Shown: positions 10,105 through 20,149, counted from the stretch's first letter. The stretch: 64,000 nucleotides of DNA from Mycoplasma sp. CAG:877 (GCA_000433455.1 HF992500.1:32293-96292), one strand, 5' to 3'. Notes: a model not told the origin generated them from the letters alone. Translations and numbers: made by a program.

Positions 10105-11043
10105 CTACTCTTCCTTAAATAATCTATTTATATTTTCTTTGGGTAATAACATTTTCATTTTTCCTGTTACATTAAAGTTTAAAACATGCTTTGAAGTTTT
10201 ATACTCTTCTCCATCTATACACCATGACACTTTAGGTGGATCAAGAAATTCTAACTCAAAATTATCTGTTTGATAATATGTAACATTAGAAATATTTTTT
10301 AGACCATAACGACTTAATTCAAAGAAGGCTTTTAACATATCTTTTTTATTTTTTAGTGGTACTAAGGCTACTTCAAACATGCCATCATTTAGTTTTATAT
10401 CTTCACAATAAATATCATTCATACCAGCAACACGTGATGAGTTTGTTATAAAAAAGTAAGCATAATTTCCGGTGTACTCTTTACCCTCTATTCTATATTT
10501 AATGTTATAAGTATGGATACTATTTCTAAGTTGTTTTAAACCATAGATGATATAGGCTATTTTTCCATACTTCTTTTTTAGTTCTCTTGGAGTATTATAA
10601 GACATATCAATGTAGTCTCCTAGACAGCAAACGTAAATAAATGGTTCATCATTCATGTAGCAGATATCAATTGTTTTTATAGTTCCTGATAAAATTAATT
10701 CTAAATTTTTTATATAATCACTATTTAGTCCATACATGTGACCTACATCGTTTGTTGTTCCCATAGGAAGATTTGCTAAAGTTAGTTTTTTAGTTCTAGC
10801 CATATTTCCAGTAACAACTTCATTTAACGTACCATCGCCACCGGCGCTTATTACTAGATCTATGTCATTCGGAAGATTCTTTACTATTTCTGTAGCATCT
10901 TTAGGTTGTTTTGTGTATTTTATTTCGGCGTCATAACCATATTTTCGTAAAATATCATAAAAGTTCTTTTTACTACCAATGCTTTTTATTTTACCTGATT
11001 CAGGATTCATAATAATAGCACATTTTTTCATGAATAGGTTCAT
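10105..11043 (-). CDS. dagK: Diacylglycerol/lipid kinase, YegS/DagK/BmrU family
   Basis: Motifs IIMNPESGK and ISAGGDGTLNEVV, and size 312 aa, typical of the DAGK_cat family. Confidence 0.85.
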   Translation of the reverse strand: MNLFMKKCAIIMNPESGKIKSIGSKKNFYDILRKYGYDAEIKYTKQPKDATEIVKNLPNDIDLVISAGGDGTLNEVVTGNMARTKKLTLANLPMGTTNDVGHMYGLNSDYIKNLELILSGTIKTIDICYMNDEPFIYVCCLGDYIDMSYNTPRELKKKYGKIAYIIYGLKQLRNSIHTYNIKYRIEGKEYTGNYAYFFITNSSRVAGMNDIYCEDIKLNDGMFEVALVPLKNKKDMLKAFFELSRYGLKNISNVTYYQTDNFELEFLDPPKVSWCIDGEEYKTSKHVLNFNVTGKMKMLLPKENINRLFKEE

Positions 11044-11060
11044 CTCCCTTCGATAGATAT

Positions 11061-11069
11061 ATTATACCA
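11061..11069 (-). promoter_or_regulatory. Extended -10 element (TGGTATAAT) upstream of the lipid kinase gene
   Basis: Read on the minus strand. The -35 is weak. Confidence 0.35.
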
Positions 11070-11140
11070 TTTATTTAAAAATTTACTAGTGGTATAAGAA
11101 AGTTGAGGTTTTTGAAGAAAGTATTGGTTAGTTGAATGTT

Positions 11141-11220
11141 CTAATATGTTAAGTTTTTGACGTTTTTTAACATATTAGTTTGATATGTTAAGTTTTTGAT
11201 ACTTTTTTAACATATTAGTT
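11141..11220. repeat. Two tandem ~40-bp repeat units, each an inverted repeat (A)ATATGTTAA-N14/15-TTAACATATT
   Basis: Unit 1 arms at 11143-11152 and 11167-11176. Unit 2 arms at 11183-11191 and 11207-11216. The units are near-identical (gttaagtttttga...ttttttaacatattagtt). They lie in the divergent intergenic region between the lipid kinase gene and the AT3 gene. Confidence 0.8.
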
Positions 11221-11343
11221 TTGTTTTACACTTATTTATATTTATTATTTATGGTGGATTGCTAAGGAATTTTTATTTAATATATTTTAGTATTTTAATT
11301 ATAGTTTTTGTTTGATATACTTTATTATAGAGGGTGGTTTGTT

Positions 11344-12396
11344 ATGATAAATAAAAATAATAGTCAAAGGGACTATAATATGGACTTACTTAGAATACTT
11401 GCTTCTCTTATGGTTATTGTTATTCATGTTTCTGCTTACAATTTCCTTGATATACCAACTAAAAGTATAGAATGGCTTAGTTATGATATGTATGATAGTA
11501 TAGTTAGAAGCGCGGTTCCTATATTTTTAATGATTTCTGGGGCATTCTTTTTAAATGATAAAATACAAAATAATTTGAAAAAATTATATACTAAAAATAT
11601 TTTTAAGCTGTTTTTGGTATTTGTTATTTGGTCTTTTATATATGCTACATTTTGTGTTTTTACTAAAAGAATTGATAGTAATAACTTTTTAGGTTCTATT
11701 ATAGCAGGACATTTTCATTTATGGTTTATACCTATTATAATAGGCATTTATATTATTTCACCCTTTATATATAGATTTGTAAAAAATAGTGATGAGAAAA
11801 TTTTTAAGTACTTTTTAATTATCTTTATTAGTGCTACTTTATTAAAGACTATTTCATATTTACAATTTTTGCCTTGTTATGAATATATTACACTATTTTT
11901 AGGGTTATTACCTATAGATATCATTTGTAAGCATTATAGTTATTTTATATTAGGATATTTCTTATACAATTATGATGTTTCAAAAAAATTCACTAAAACT
12001 ATTTATATTCTTTCTGTAATTAGTATTTTTCTATGTTTTATAGGATGTTACATATTATCTAGATATTTGGGTTATAATAATTCTGATTTAATGAGTGGAT
12101 TTTCTATATTTACAGTTATTGAAGCAATAGGACTATTCTTGTTTTTTAAGAATCATAGTTTTGATAGTAAAAGTGTTTTTAGTAAAAGAGTCGCAGATAT
12201 TGCGAATTGTACGTTAGGTATTTATGTGATTCATATGTTAGTATTGTATATATTATTTGATTGTAATCTTATTCAAATTAGATCTTTTAATACAATTTTA
12301 TCTGTACCTATTATTTCTATATTGATATTTGTTATATCTTTAGTAATTGTTTACTTAATTAAGAAAATAAAATTTATTGGAAAATGGTTGTTTTAA
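11344..12396 (+). CDS. Acyltransferase family 3 (AT3) membrane O-acyltransferase
   Basis: About 10 TM helices. N-terminal MDLLRILASLMVIVIHVSA is typical of AT3. I start at ATG 11344 (SD AGAGGGTGG upstream) rather than the track TTG 11308. Confidence 0.85.
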   Translation: MINKNNSQRDYNMDLLRILASLMVIVIHVSAYNFLDIPTKSIEWLSYDMYDSIVRSAVPIFLMISGAFFLNDKIQNNLKKLYTKNIFKLFLVFVIWSFIYATFCVFTKRIDSNNFLGSIIAGHFHLWFIPIIIGIYIISPFIYRFVKNSDEKIFKYFLIIFISATLLKTISYLQFLPCYEYITLFLGLLPIDIICKHYSYFILGYFLYNYDVSKKFTKTIYILSVISIFLCFIGCYILSRYLGYNNSDLMSGFSIFTVIEAIGLFLFFKNHSFDSKSVFSKRVADIANCTLGIYVIHMLVLYILFDCNLIQIRSFNTILSVPIISILIFVISLVIVYLIKKIKFIGKWLF

Positions 12397-12434
12397 AATG
12401 AATTTATATATATAAATTTAGCGATAAAGATAAT

Positions 12435-12462
12435 AAAAGAATGACTTTTGTCATTCTTTTAG
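12435..12462. terminator. Bidirectional terminator between convergent AT3 gene and glycopolymer locus
   Basis: Stem aagaatgac / gtcattctt (9 bp), loop tttt, with an A-run on one side and a T-run on the other. Confidence 0.75.
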
Positions 12463-12486
12463 GTTGTATTAAAGTACTTAAACTTT

Positions 12487-14799
12487 TTATTTATATTGGT
12501 TTCCTCTTATTAATTTATAGATTAGTTTTAGACCTGCTGGTATTGATTTAAAGAACATTTTTATAGAACAGATTAGTTCTTTAAACATTCTTTTTATAGC
12601 TCTTAGAAAATCAAGTATAACTTTAGCATCTTCTTTTGCATAACATCTATTTAACATTATACTTATTTTCATTCTTCTTTCTGACCAATTACTTTTCTTT
12701 TTAACTTTATCTTTACCTTCATAATTAATACCAAATTTTGATTCTATATAGGCTTTACAATAGTAATAATAAGCATCATTCATTGTTTCTACTGCAAAGT
12801 TATAGTCTATATAACCATTATCTATAGGTTTAGTATTTTCTTCTTTCTTTATACCTTCATCAATAATCTTTTCAAATTTTTTAACCATTATATCTAGAGT
12901 AAAGCCTTCTTCTATTCTTTTACGACAATTCTTTTTAATTTCTTTTAAATTATTTAAGACTCTATCTATTTCATTTACATATTCTTCTACTTCTTTATTA
13001 TGCACTTCAGGAGTAGCATCTATATTACAATGAACTATACCACCTACTTTATCATTGATTAGTTCAGTTTGACCACCGACATCAGTTGATACTACTGGTA
13101 CTCCCATTGAAAGAGATTCATATGATGTTAAAGCAAGACCTTCTAATGTTGAACAGTTTACAGTTACATCACTTATTGCATATACTTCTTCTGTTTCTTT
13201 TACCATTCCAAGAAGTTTGAAATTTTCATCTACAACAGAAGCTACATTATTCATTAATGGTCCATCTCCAGCAATAACAAAGAAGACATCGTTTCGTACT
13301 TTTAAAAGCTCTTTACATATTTCTACAAACATTTCTGGACGTTTTTCTTCTGATAATCTGGCTATAAAAGTTATAATTTTTTTATCCATCGGTAATTGAT
13401 ATTTTTCTTTTAAGTTGTTTTTATTAAACTTTTTAGGATCATATCTTTTTTCATCAGTACCAATATATAAAGTTTCAGCAGTTTTCTTATTATAATTATT
13501 TACTAATTGACTCTTTGTAAAGTTATTACAGCAATATGTTCCAGTTAGGTACTTATCTACATCCATTGAACATCTAGCAAATCCTTCTCTTGGATCTTTT
13601 AAATCTATTGAGTGAATATAATCTATAAATGGTATTTGTGGATATTTTCCCTTTAAATATGGAACCATGTAATAACCATATTGTGTATTACTTACAACTA
13701 CAGCATCTACTTTTCTGGAAGAAATCATGTAATCTGTAAAGTTAATATAATCAACTGTTTCTAGGAAAGTTGACATATCATATAGTTCTGTTGCAGCCTC
13801 TTCAAATTGTTGTCTTAATGGATTATCATTTGGTAGAGTTGTTAGAACTATAGCTTCATACTTTTCCTTATCTAGACGTTTTATTAATTCTAGATTAAAT
13901 AAGTCTGCTCCTCCTACTACCATCCAAGTTAATAGGAATAAGATTTTTTTCTTTTTTGACTTTTTATATTCTGGTAAAACCATATCTTTATAAGTTTTAA
14001 CGGTTGCGTACTTATTACATTCATGTGGAAATTGAATTATTTCAACATCTTTTTTTATAGTTGCGGCAGTTTCATTAACGTAGCGCATAGCGTTGGTATT
14101 ATTCTTTTTAGCTCTTGATAATTCTCCAGTTGAACTTGTTCTATACCAGAATATAGGAGCATCTACTCTAATTGGTTTTTTACCTTTTGCTAGAAGTTTT
14201 AACCAAAGATTCCAGTCTTCATACATAGCTTTTTCTTTTATGCCAAAGCAACCTACTTCTAGTAAATCTTCTTTTCTTACCATAGAAGCAATACAAATTA
14301 AGTTTTCTATTACTTGTTGTTCAACAGTTAGGTATCTTTCCCAGATGAATTCTCTATCACCAAAGTTTACCATTGTTGTATAAGCAAATGAGGCATCCGG
14401 ATGAGTTTCTAGTGTCCAATATAGACACTCCACCATGGTCTTATCTGGGATATCATCACAATCTAGGAAGAAAACATATTTTGTATCTTTACTGGCTTTT
14501 TCAATACCAAAGTCTCTGGCCATAGATGGTCCTCCATTTTCCTTATGAAAGACTCTTATTCTATCATCCATTTTTTCTAATTCAGCTAGTTTTTTTAGTG
14601 ATTCTTTATCTTTTGAACCATCGTCTACTATTATCCATTCAAAATAAGGATATGTTTGGCTAAATAGTCCATTGGCTGTTTCTATTAAAGTTTTTCCACC
14701 ATTATAAAATGGAGTTACAATACTAATTGTTGGTTTGCTTTTCTTTACTAATTCCCCTATTTTTTCTATTTTATCTCCTGGTCTTTTACTATAATCCAT
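12487..14799 (-). CDS. Bifunctional glycosyltransferase: N-terminal GT2 domain + C-terminal GT4/GT1 domain
   Basis: GT2 motifs ISIVTPFYNGG...WIIVDDGSKD...FLDCDD. GT4 motifs VIAGDGPLMN...EGLALTSYESLSMGVPVVSTDVGG. Confidence 0.85.
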   Translation of the reverse strand: MDYSKRPGDKIEKIGELVKKSKPTISIVTPFYNGGKTLIETANGLFSQTYPYFEWIIVDDGSKDKESLKKLAELEKMDDRIRVFHKENGGPSMARDFGIEKASKDTKYVFFLDCDDIPDKTMVECLYWTLETHPDASFAYTTMVNFGDREFIWERYLTVEQQVIENLICIASMVRKEDLLEVGCFGIKEKAMYEDWNLWLKLLAKGKKPIRVDAPIFWYRTSSTGELSRAKKNNTNAMRYVNETAATIKKDVEIIQFPHECNKYATVKTYKDMVLPEYKKSKKKKILFLLTWMVVGGADLFNLELIKRLDKEKYEAIVLTTLPNDNPLRQQFEEAATELYDMSTFLETVDYINFTDYMISSRKVDAVVVSNTQYGYYMVPYLKGKYPQIPFIDYIHSIDLKDPREGFARCSMDVDKYLTGTYCCNNFTKSQLVNNYNKKTAETLYIGTDEKRYDPKKFNKNNLKEKYQLPMDKKIITFIARLSEEKRPEMFVEICKELLKVRNDVFFVIAGDGPLMNNVASVVDENFKLLGMVKETEEVYAISDVTVNCSTLEGLALTSYESLSMGVPVVSTDVGGQTELINDKVGGIVHCNIDATPEVHNKEVEEYVNEIDRVLNNLKEIKKNCRKRIEEGFTLDIMVKKFEKIIDEGIKKEENTKPIDNGYIDYNFAVETMNDAYYYYCKAYIESKFGINYEGKDKVKKKSNWSERRMKISIMLNRCYAKEDAKVILDFLRAIKRMFKELICSIKMFFKSIPAGLKLIYKLIRGNQYK

Positions 14800-16070
14800 T
14801 ATTTCACTCTCCTTATTTTCTTTGTTATTCTATCTAGTTTGCTATTTACTTTTTTAGGTATATTAAGTTCAAGTTCTTTATATAATCTTTGATTATCTTC
14901 ATACAATGCCTTATTTTCTTGTTCTAACTTCTTAATTTGTTTTATATAAGCATTGGCACTATCAATTATCCCAATTGGATTTAAATCATCTTTAGTCATT
15001 TCTGGTATATCTAAAAAGATACTATTTTCAATTGATAAATTTTCTTTAATATATTTGTAATTTTCTTCTACAATTTCTACTAATTCTTGTTCACTATATT
15101 TAAATAATTCATTCTCATTACTATCAACATTTATTCCCGAAAAGTTTTCCTCCACTATCTTCTTTATATTTTCAGGTGTAACAAAAATCATATTTCCTTT
15201 ATATCCAGATATAATTGTTGGCTTTTTAGATGCTACTGATTCTAAGGCACAACGATCGACTCCTAATAAAATGTCTGCTTTTTCTATATATGGTTTTACA
15301 TTGGAAACGGCTCCTATAAATTCGATATTTTCCTCTTTAAACATTTCCTTTATTTCAGAAAGTATTTCTCCATCGCCAAGTATAGTTAGTCTGACATCTT
15401 TATTATGTGTTTCTTTTATATGCCTAAAGATTTTAACTGCAGTATATATTGATTCTCTTTTATGTTCACATACTCTTCCAAACCAAAGTAAGTTATCAAA
15501 CTTCATATTTATTGTTTTAACTTTTTTATCCTTATAATCTGAAAAGTCTAAACTATTTCTGACTACCATATATTTGGAATCTGGTAATTCAAATAAATAT
15601 TGATGTTCTTCTTTAACATTTTATGTTATAGCAATTATTTTTGATGCACATTGAAAATATATTGGAAATAATGTTAAAAAAATTCTGTAATGGGCCATAA
15701 ACCACTCGCAACTTCCTGGAATTATATTATGTAAATAAGCCACATATCTAATATTATTTCTTAAGGCGATAGGAAGAATATATGGTATGCATGGAAATTG
15801 ATGTACATATATAAAATCAATCTTTTTAGAAAGTATTATTCTTTCTAATTTCAATATTTCTTCCCAATCAACAGCAGTATCTTGAAGCTTAAAGTCAAAT
15901 TCAATCCATTCAATGTTTTTCTTTCCTTTTAGCTTCTCCCGTAATATACCATCTCTTGAGAGAATATAACATTTTATTCCTCTTCTATTAAATTCATTAA
16001 CTTGCGTTAAGGTAAAAGTTTCAACTCCACCAATTCCTAATTGCTCTAAACAAACAAGTGCATTTTTCAT
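14799..16070 (-). pseudogene. GT4 family glycosyltransferase interrupted by a single in-frame TAA (15623..15621)
   Basis: Track ORFs 15621..16070 (GT4 N-domain, LGIGGVETFTLTQV) and 14799..15569 (GT4 C-domain) lie in the same frame. They are separated by exactly 17 sense codons after one TAA: ...IIAIT*NVKEEHQYLFELPDSKYMVVRNSLDF... Confidence 0.75.
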
Positions 16071-18472
16071 TTTTTTCTCCTTTTTCTAATATCTAACTTA
16101 CTTTTTATATTGGCTAGTTTATTTATAAACCTATATCTTTTACTATTACTTATATTTGTTAATTTTTGAGATAGCATCATGATTTTTTCATTTGCTAATT
16201 CTAATTTCTGGGTATTATATGCTTGTTCTAACAATTTAAATGTATTTTCATTTATTTCACTAAAAATTATATTTCTTTCTATTGGTCTTTTCACTGAGGT
16301 TTTTAAAGCTTGATTATATTCTTCTATAGACTTATATTTTGTTTCTTGTAATAAGAACTTATTTTTAACTTTATTAAAAAGCTTAGCACCTTTATCTGTA
16401 TTTATGATTACTGCTGATGTTCCTTTTTTATCAAAGAATTCTTTATGAACATTATATATTCCCCAATAATCACCAAGTATTATGTCAGCAACATTATTTT
16501 TTCCTTTTGCTGGACAGTTATAACAACTTTCTCTTAATATGTAATTGTCTACAAATAAAGACATCATTGGATCGTCTGCAAACTTATAGGCCTTATTTAT
16601 TCTTTTTGTTTTGTATTCAATACTAGCTACATCCCAACCATTAACTTTACTTTTAAAATTTATTTCTTCTATTTCTGTTTCAAAATTTTTTTCTATTTCT
16701 TTTACTCTTTTTTCTACAATATTATCGTTAATTACACCGTGACAAATAACACTTACTGTATATAATTTAGGATATTCTTTGGCCAAGTAAGTTTTTAGTG
16801 CAAGTATTTGACAAGGAGTTCCTGAGAATAATACCTTTTTATTTTCTCCTAAGTCTTTTTTTACATCATTAAAAATTGTTTTGACGTTACTTTGTGAATA
16901 CTTTGAGCCTTGTATTTTTTTGATATCATTAACATTGTCTATTCTAATATGTTCAACTTTTAAAGATGATATTGTTGCTCCATAGACGATACCTTGATGA
17001 GTTAGTATTTCTTTAGCTAAATAGTAGAATACTCCACCAGATGAACTTGATTGTAAAATATCTTTTTCTTTTGACTTTGCTGCATAACACTCTAAAGCTT
17101 TTGTTTGCTGGATATTTTCAATATTACGGCAACATTTTTTTCTACATAGACCACAATTTATACATTTTTTTAAATCTATTTTTGGATATAAAAATCCTTC
17201 TTCATTTTTAACCATTGTAATAGCATTTTTAGGACAGACATTTGCACAAACTTGGCAACCTACACAATCTGTTTTTTTACAAATTTTTTCTTTTTCTAGT
17301 GTTTCTAGTCTTGAACACATATTCTCATATAGCTGTTGTGATTCTTTAATAATTATTAGCATCTTCTCTTTTAGAATTTTTCTAATGTTATTTTGATTTT
17401 TGTTTAGATAATCGAATTTTTCAATTAATGAATCTTTATTTATATCTTCTATTGGTAAAACATAATCTTTGTAGTTTCCAAAGATGTCTTCAGCAATTCC
17501 TCTTGATTTTACGCTATATCCAAGTACTAAGGTTGGGACACAGGTTGAATAAGCGGCAATTGAGGCATGAGTTCTAGCTGCTATTAGTAAACTACATTTA
17601 GAGATAATGTATTTAAGTTCTTTACAATCGTAATTACCTCTTTCTAAATATAATCTTTTTTCGTTTTTATAATCTTCTGCTATTCTATCTAGAATTTTAT
17701 AGTCACTTACTTCTTCTACCATAACGTGTGGTATTAAGCATATTGAATAGTCAGTTTTTTTTAAAATGTAATTTATTAATTCCTTTATATCGTTATAATT
17801 TTCTTCTGACTTTATTGTTAAAGGACTTAAGTTCAGACCAACTATCTTTCTATTTTTATACCATGAGTTTAATTTTACTTCTTTCTTTTTTAGAGAAAAA
17901 GCAGGTTCTGGTATTAACATAAGTTTTTCTTCTGGTATATATTTCTTTATAGCATTATAGCTAATCTTTTCTCTAAGCATCAATAAATCGTATTTTTTTA
18001 AGTTTGTTATAAGATCTAAATCCGTTATTTCATCAAATAGTGAGGCACCAAATAGTACTGTTTTTTTACCTAGTTGTTTTGCTTTGGTGTTAATAGAATA
18101 AATCCACTCATTAACACCATAACAGTAGTTATCACCACCTACATGAATTGCAAGATCTGACTTTTCTAATTCTTTAACTACATCTCTTTGATAAAGCAAT
18201 TCGTAGTTATTATAATCAAAAGGCATATTTTGATACTTTTCTAATTTCTTTTTTTCGCTCTCAGTGAACTCATCATAATTTTGTCTATGATGGTTTATGT
18301 ATTTTTTAATTTTTTCTTTTTTTATTTTCTTATCATTTTCGTAGTCAAATGTTGCTAAAACAATTTCCGCTTCATTAATTTGCTCTATGACAGAGTCAAC
18401 AATAGCTTCACAACCTTTATTTTGCAGTGAACCTATTCCATATAATAATATTTTTTTCTTTTCTTTATTCAT
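16067..18472 (-). CDS. Fusion protein: polysaccharide pyruvyl transferase domain + 2x[4Fe-4S] ferredoxin + FrhB/FdhB-like (F420-hydrogenase beta-like) flavoprotein domain
   Basis: aa 1-390 look pyruvyl-transferase-like (GSLQNKGCEAI, HVGGDNYCYG). aa ~400-450 carry two Cys clusters, CVGCQVCANVCP and CINCGLCRKKC. aa ~455-720 look FrhB-like (GGVFYYLA..., GTPCQILALK, ESCYNCP). Confidence 0.75.
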   Translation of the reverse strand: MNKEKKKILLYGIGSLQNKGCEAIVDSVIEQINEAEIVLATFDYENDKKIKKEKIKKYINHHRQNYDEFTESEKKKLEKYQNMPFDYNNYELLYQRDVVKELEKSDLAIHVGGDNYCYGVNEWIYSINTKAKQLGKKTVLFGASLFDEITDLDLITNLKKYDLLMLREKISYNAIKKYIPEEKLMLIPEPAFSLKKKEVKLNSWYKNRKIVGLNLSPLTIKSEENYNDIKELINYILKKTDYSICLIPHVMVEEVSDYKILDRIAEDYKNEKRLYLERGNYDCKELKYIISKCSLLIAARTHASIAAYSTCVPTLVLGYSVKSRGIAEDIFGNYKDYVLPIEDINKDSLIEKFDYLNKNQNNIRKILKEKMLIIIKESQQLYENMCSRLETLEKEKICKKTDCVGCQVCANVCPKNAITMVKNEEGFLYPKIDLKKCINCGLCRKKCCRNIENIQQTKALECYAAKSKEKDILQSSSSGGVFYYLAKEILTHQGIVYGATISSLKVEHIRIDNVNDIKKIQGSKYSQSNVKTIFNDVKKDLGENKKVLFSGTPCQILALKTYLAKEYPKLYTVSVICHGVINDNIVEKRVKEIEKNFETEIEEINFKSKVNGWDVASIEYKTKRINKAYKFADDPMMSLFVDNYILRESCYNCPAKGKNNVADIILGDYWGIYNVHKEFFDKKGTSAVIINTDKGAKLFNKVKNKFLLQETKYKSIEEYNQALKTSVKRPIERNIIFSEINENTFKLLEQAYNTQKLELANEKIMMLSQKLTNISNSKRYRFINKLANIKSKLDIRKRRKK

Positions 18473-18506
18473 ACCTTGCCCAACCTTTATTATTATTTAT
18501 AAATTA

Positions 18507-18535
18507 ATTATAACAAATTAGTTTATTTAATACAA
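18507..18535 (-). promoter_or_regulatory. Sigma-A type promoter TTGTAT-N17-TATAAT for the pyruvyltransferase/GT unit
   Basis: Exact 17-nt spacing. Lies 35 nt upstream of the start codon and directly after a terminator. Confidence 0.5.
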
Positions 18536-18572
18536 ATTTTTGGACTAAATTGTTGATTTTTAGGAGAAAAAG

Positions 18573-18599
18573 TAAAAAAAAGAATTTTTTACAATTCTT
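18573..18599 (-). terminator. Terminator overlapping the stop codon of the ABC-2 permease gene
   Basis: Stem aagaatt / aattctt, followed on the minus strand by an 8-nt U-run. It splits the locus into at least two transcription units. Confidence 0.6.
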
Positions 18600-19377
18600 C
18601 TACAAATGACTTTTCTAATTTTTTAAATATTAGATAGCCAATTACTAGTATTACTACTGATAATAAGCCCCATAATAATATCATCATCATATCAGGAAGT
18701 GTATGATAATAAAGAATGGAACGATATCCTTCTATTAATTGAGCCATAGGATTTATCTTTAGTACCCATTGGAATTTTTCTGGTAACATATCAGCTTTAT
18801 AAATTACTGGAGTTGCATAGAAAGCTAACATCATTACAACACTTACAAAGTGATCTACATCTCTTACAAATACTGTGATTGCTGATAAGATAAAGTTAAA
18901 TCCTAAAGTTATGATATATTGAATTAATATTAATAATGGTAATAGTAGGACGTGTACTGAGAAGCCTACTCCTGAGAATATTATAAATATAAAAACGATT
19001 ATCATTGTTATTAAAAAGTTTATTAATTGACTTGTTGTTATTGAGATTGGAATTATTTCTCTTGGAAAATAAACTTTCTTTAAGATGTTACCATTAGCAA
19101 CAACACAACCTGTACCAGTTTGGATAGCAGTTGTAAAGAAGTTCCATGGTATTAAGGCTACTATCATAAAAATAGTATAATTATCTACATCTACTCTTAA
19201 GATATATGGAAATACAAATGAGTATACAGCTAGCATTAGTAATGGATTTAAGAATGTCCAAATTACTCCTAGCCATGAACCTTTATATTTACCTCTTATT
19301 TCTTTTTTAATATTTGTTTTTAATAATTCTCTATAGTTATATAATTCTTTAAATACGTTCATTATAATCACCCGCAC
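18589..19377 (-). CDS. ABC-2 type polysaccharide/teichoic-acid export permease (TagG/Wzm-like)
   Basis: 262 aa with six TM helices. N-terminal YRELLKTNIKKEIRGKYKGSWLGVIWTFLNP is typical of ABC-2 exporters. Overlaps the upstream ATPase gene. Confidence 0.85.
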   Translation of the reverse strand: MRVIIMNVFKELYNYRELLKTNIKKEIRGKYKGSWLGVIWTFLNPLLMLAVYSFVFPYILRVDVDNYTIFMIVALIPWNFFTTAIQTGTGCVVANGNILKKVYFPREIIPISITTSQLINFLITMIIVFIFIIFSGVGFSVHVLLLPLLILIQYIITLGFNFILSAITVFVRDVDHFVSVVMMLAFYATPVIYKADMLPEKFQWVLKINPMAQLIEGYRSILYYHTLPDMMMILLWGLLSVVILVIGYLIFKKLEKSFVEEL

Positions 19378-20111
19378 ACTTTCAAGTACTCTTCAAGTAC
19401 TTCTTTGACTTGACCATCTCTATGAACTTCTCCTTCATATAGCCAAATTGCTCTATCACAGAATCTTCTAACTTGGTCCATACTATGAGTAACAATAACG
19501 ATTGTCTTACCAGCATTTTTTAATTCTATTAGTTTATTGAAACATTTATCTTGGAAATGTTGATCTCCAACTGCTAGTATTTCATCAATCAATAGGATAT
19601 CTGCTTCAACGTTTATAGCAACAGAGAAAGCAAGTCGCATATACATTCCTGATGAGTATGTTCTAACTGGATTATCAATAAATTCTTCTAATTCAGAAAA
19701 TTCAATTATTTGATCTAGTTTCTTATCTATCTCTTCTTTTGTTAACCCAAAGATAGAGGCATTGAAATAAATATTTTCTCTACCAGTAAAGTCATCATGG
19801 AATCCAGCACCTAATTCAAGTAAGGATGTTAATTTACCATCTTTGGTTATTTTTCCTTTTGTTGGATAAATGATTCTATTCATTAACTTTAGTAATGTTG
19901 ATTTACCTGAACCATTTGTTCCTATTAACGCTACACTTTCACCCTTTTTTATTTCTATATTAATGTCCTTTAAAACATGTAATACATTATTTTTACTTCT
20001 ATTTTTCTTAGAAAAGAATAATATTTTTTCTTTTAAAGTATTAGCTTTATCATAATAAAGTTTGAAGTCTTTTGAAACATGTGTAACTTTTATCGCTACG
20101 TCTTTTTCCAC
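19368..20111 (-). CDS. ABC exporter ATP-binding protein (TagH/Wzt-like, no C-terminal carbohydrate-binding extension)
   Basis: Walker A GTNGSGKST, signature SSGMYMRLAF, Walker B ILLIDE. GTG start. Confidence 0.9.
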   Translation of the reverse strand: MEKDVAIKVTHVSKDFKLYYDKANTLKEKILFFSKKNRSKNNVLHVLKDINIEIKKGESVALIGTNGSGKSTLLKLMNRIIYPTKGKITKDGKLTSLLELGAGFHDDFTGRENIYFNASIFGLTKEEIDKKLDQIIEFSELEEFIDNPVRTYSSGMYMRLAFSVAINVEADILLIDEILAVGDQHFQDKCFNKLIELKNAGKTIVIVTHSMDQVRRFCDRAIWLYEGEVHRDGQVKEVLEEYLKVCG

Positions 20112-20149
20112 AGTTCTACCTCATTTCTTGTTATATTTCAAACATCTAT

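Noticed and set aside
11141-11220. Possible CRISPR array or terminator pair
   Set aside because: There are only two units, with no unique spacers between them and no cas genes nearby. The units are upstream of both flanking genes, so they do not terminate either one.
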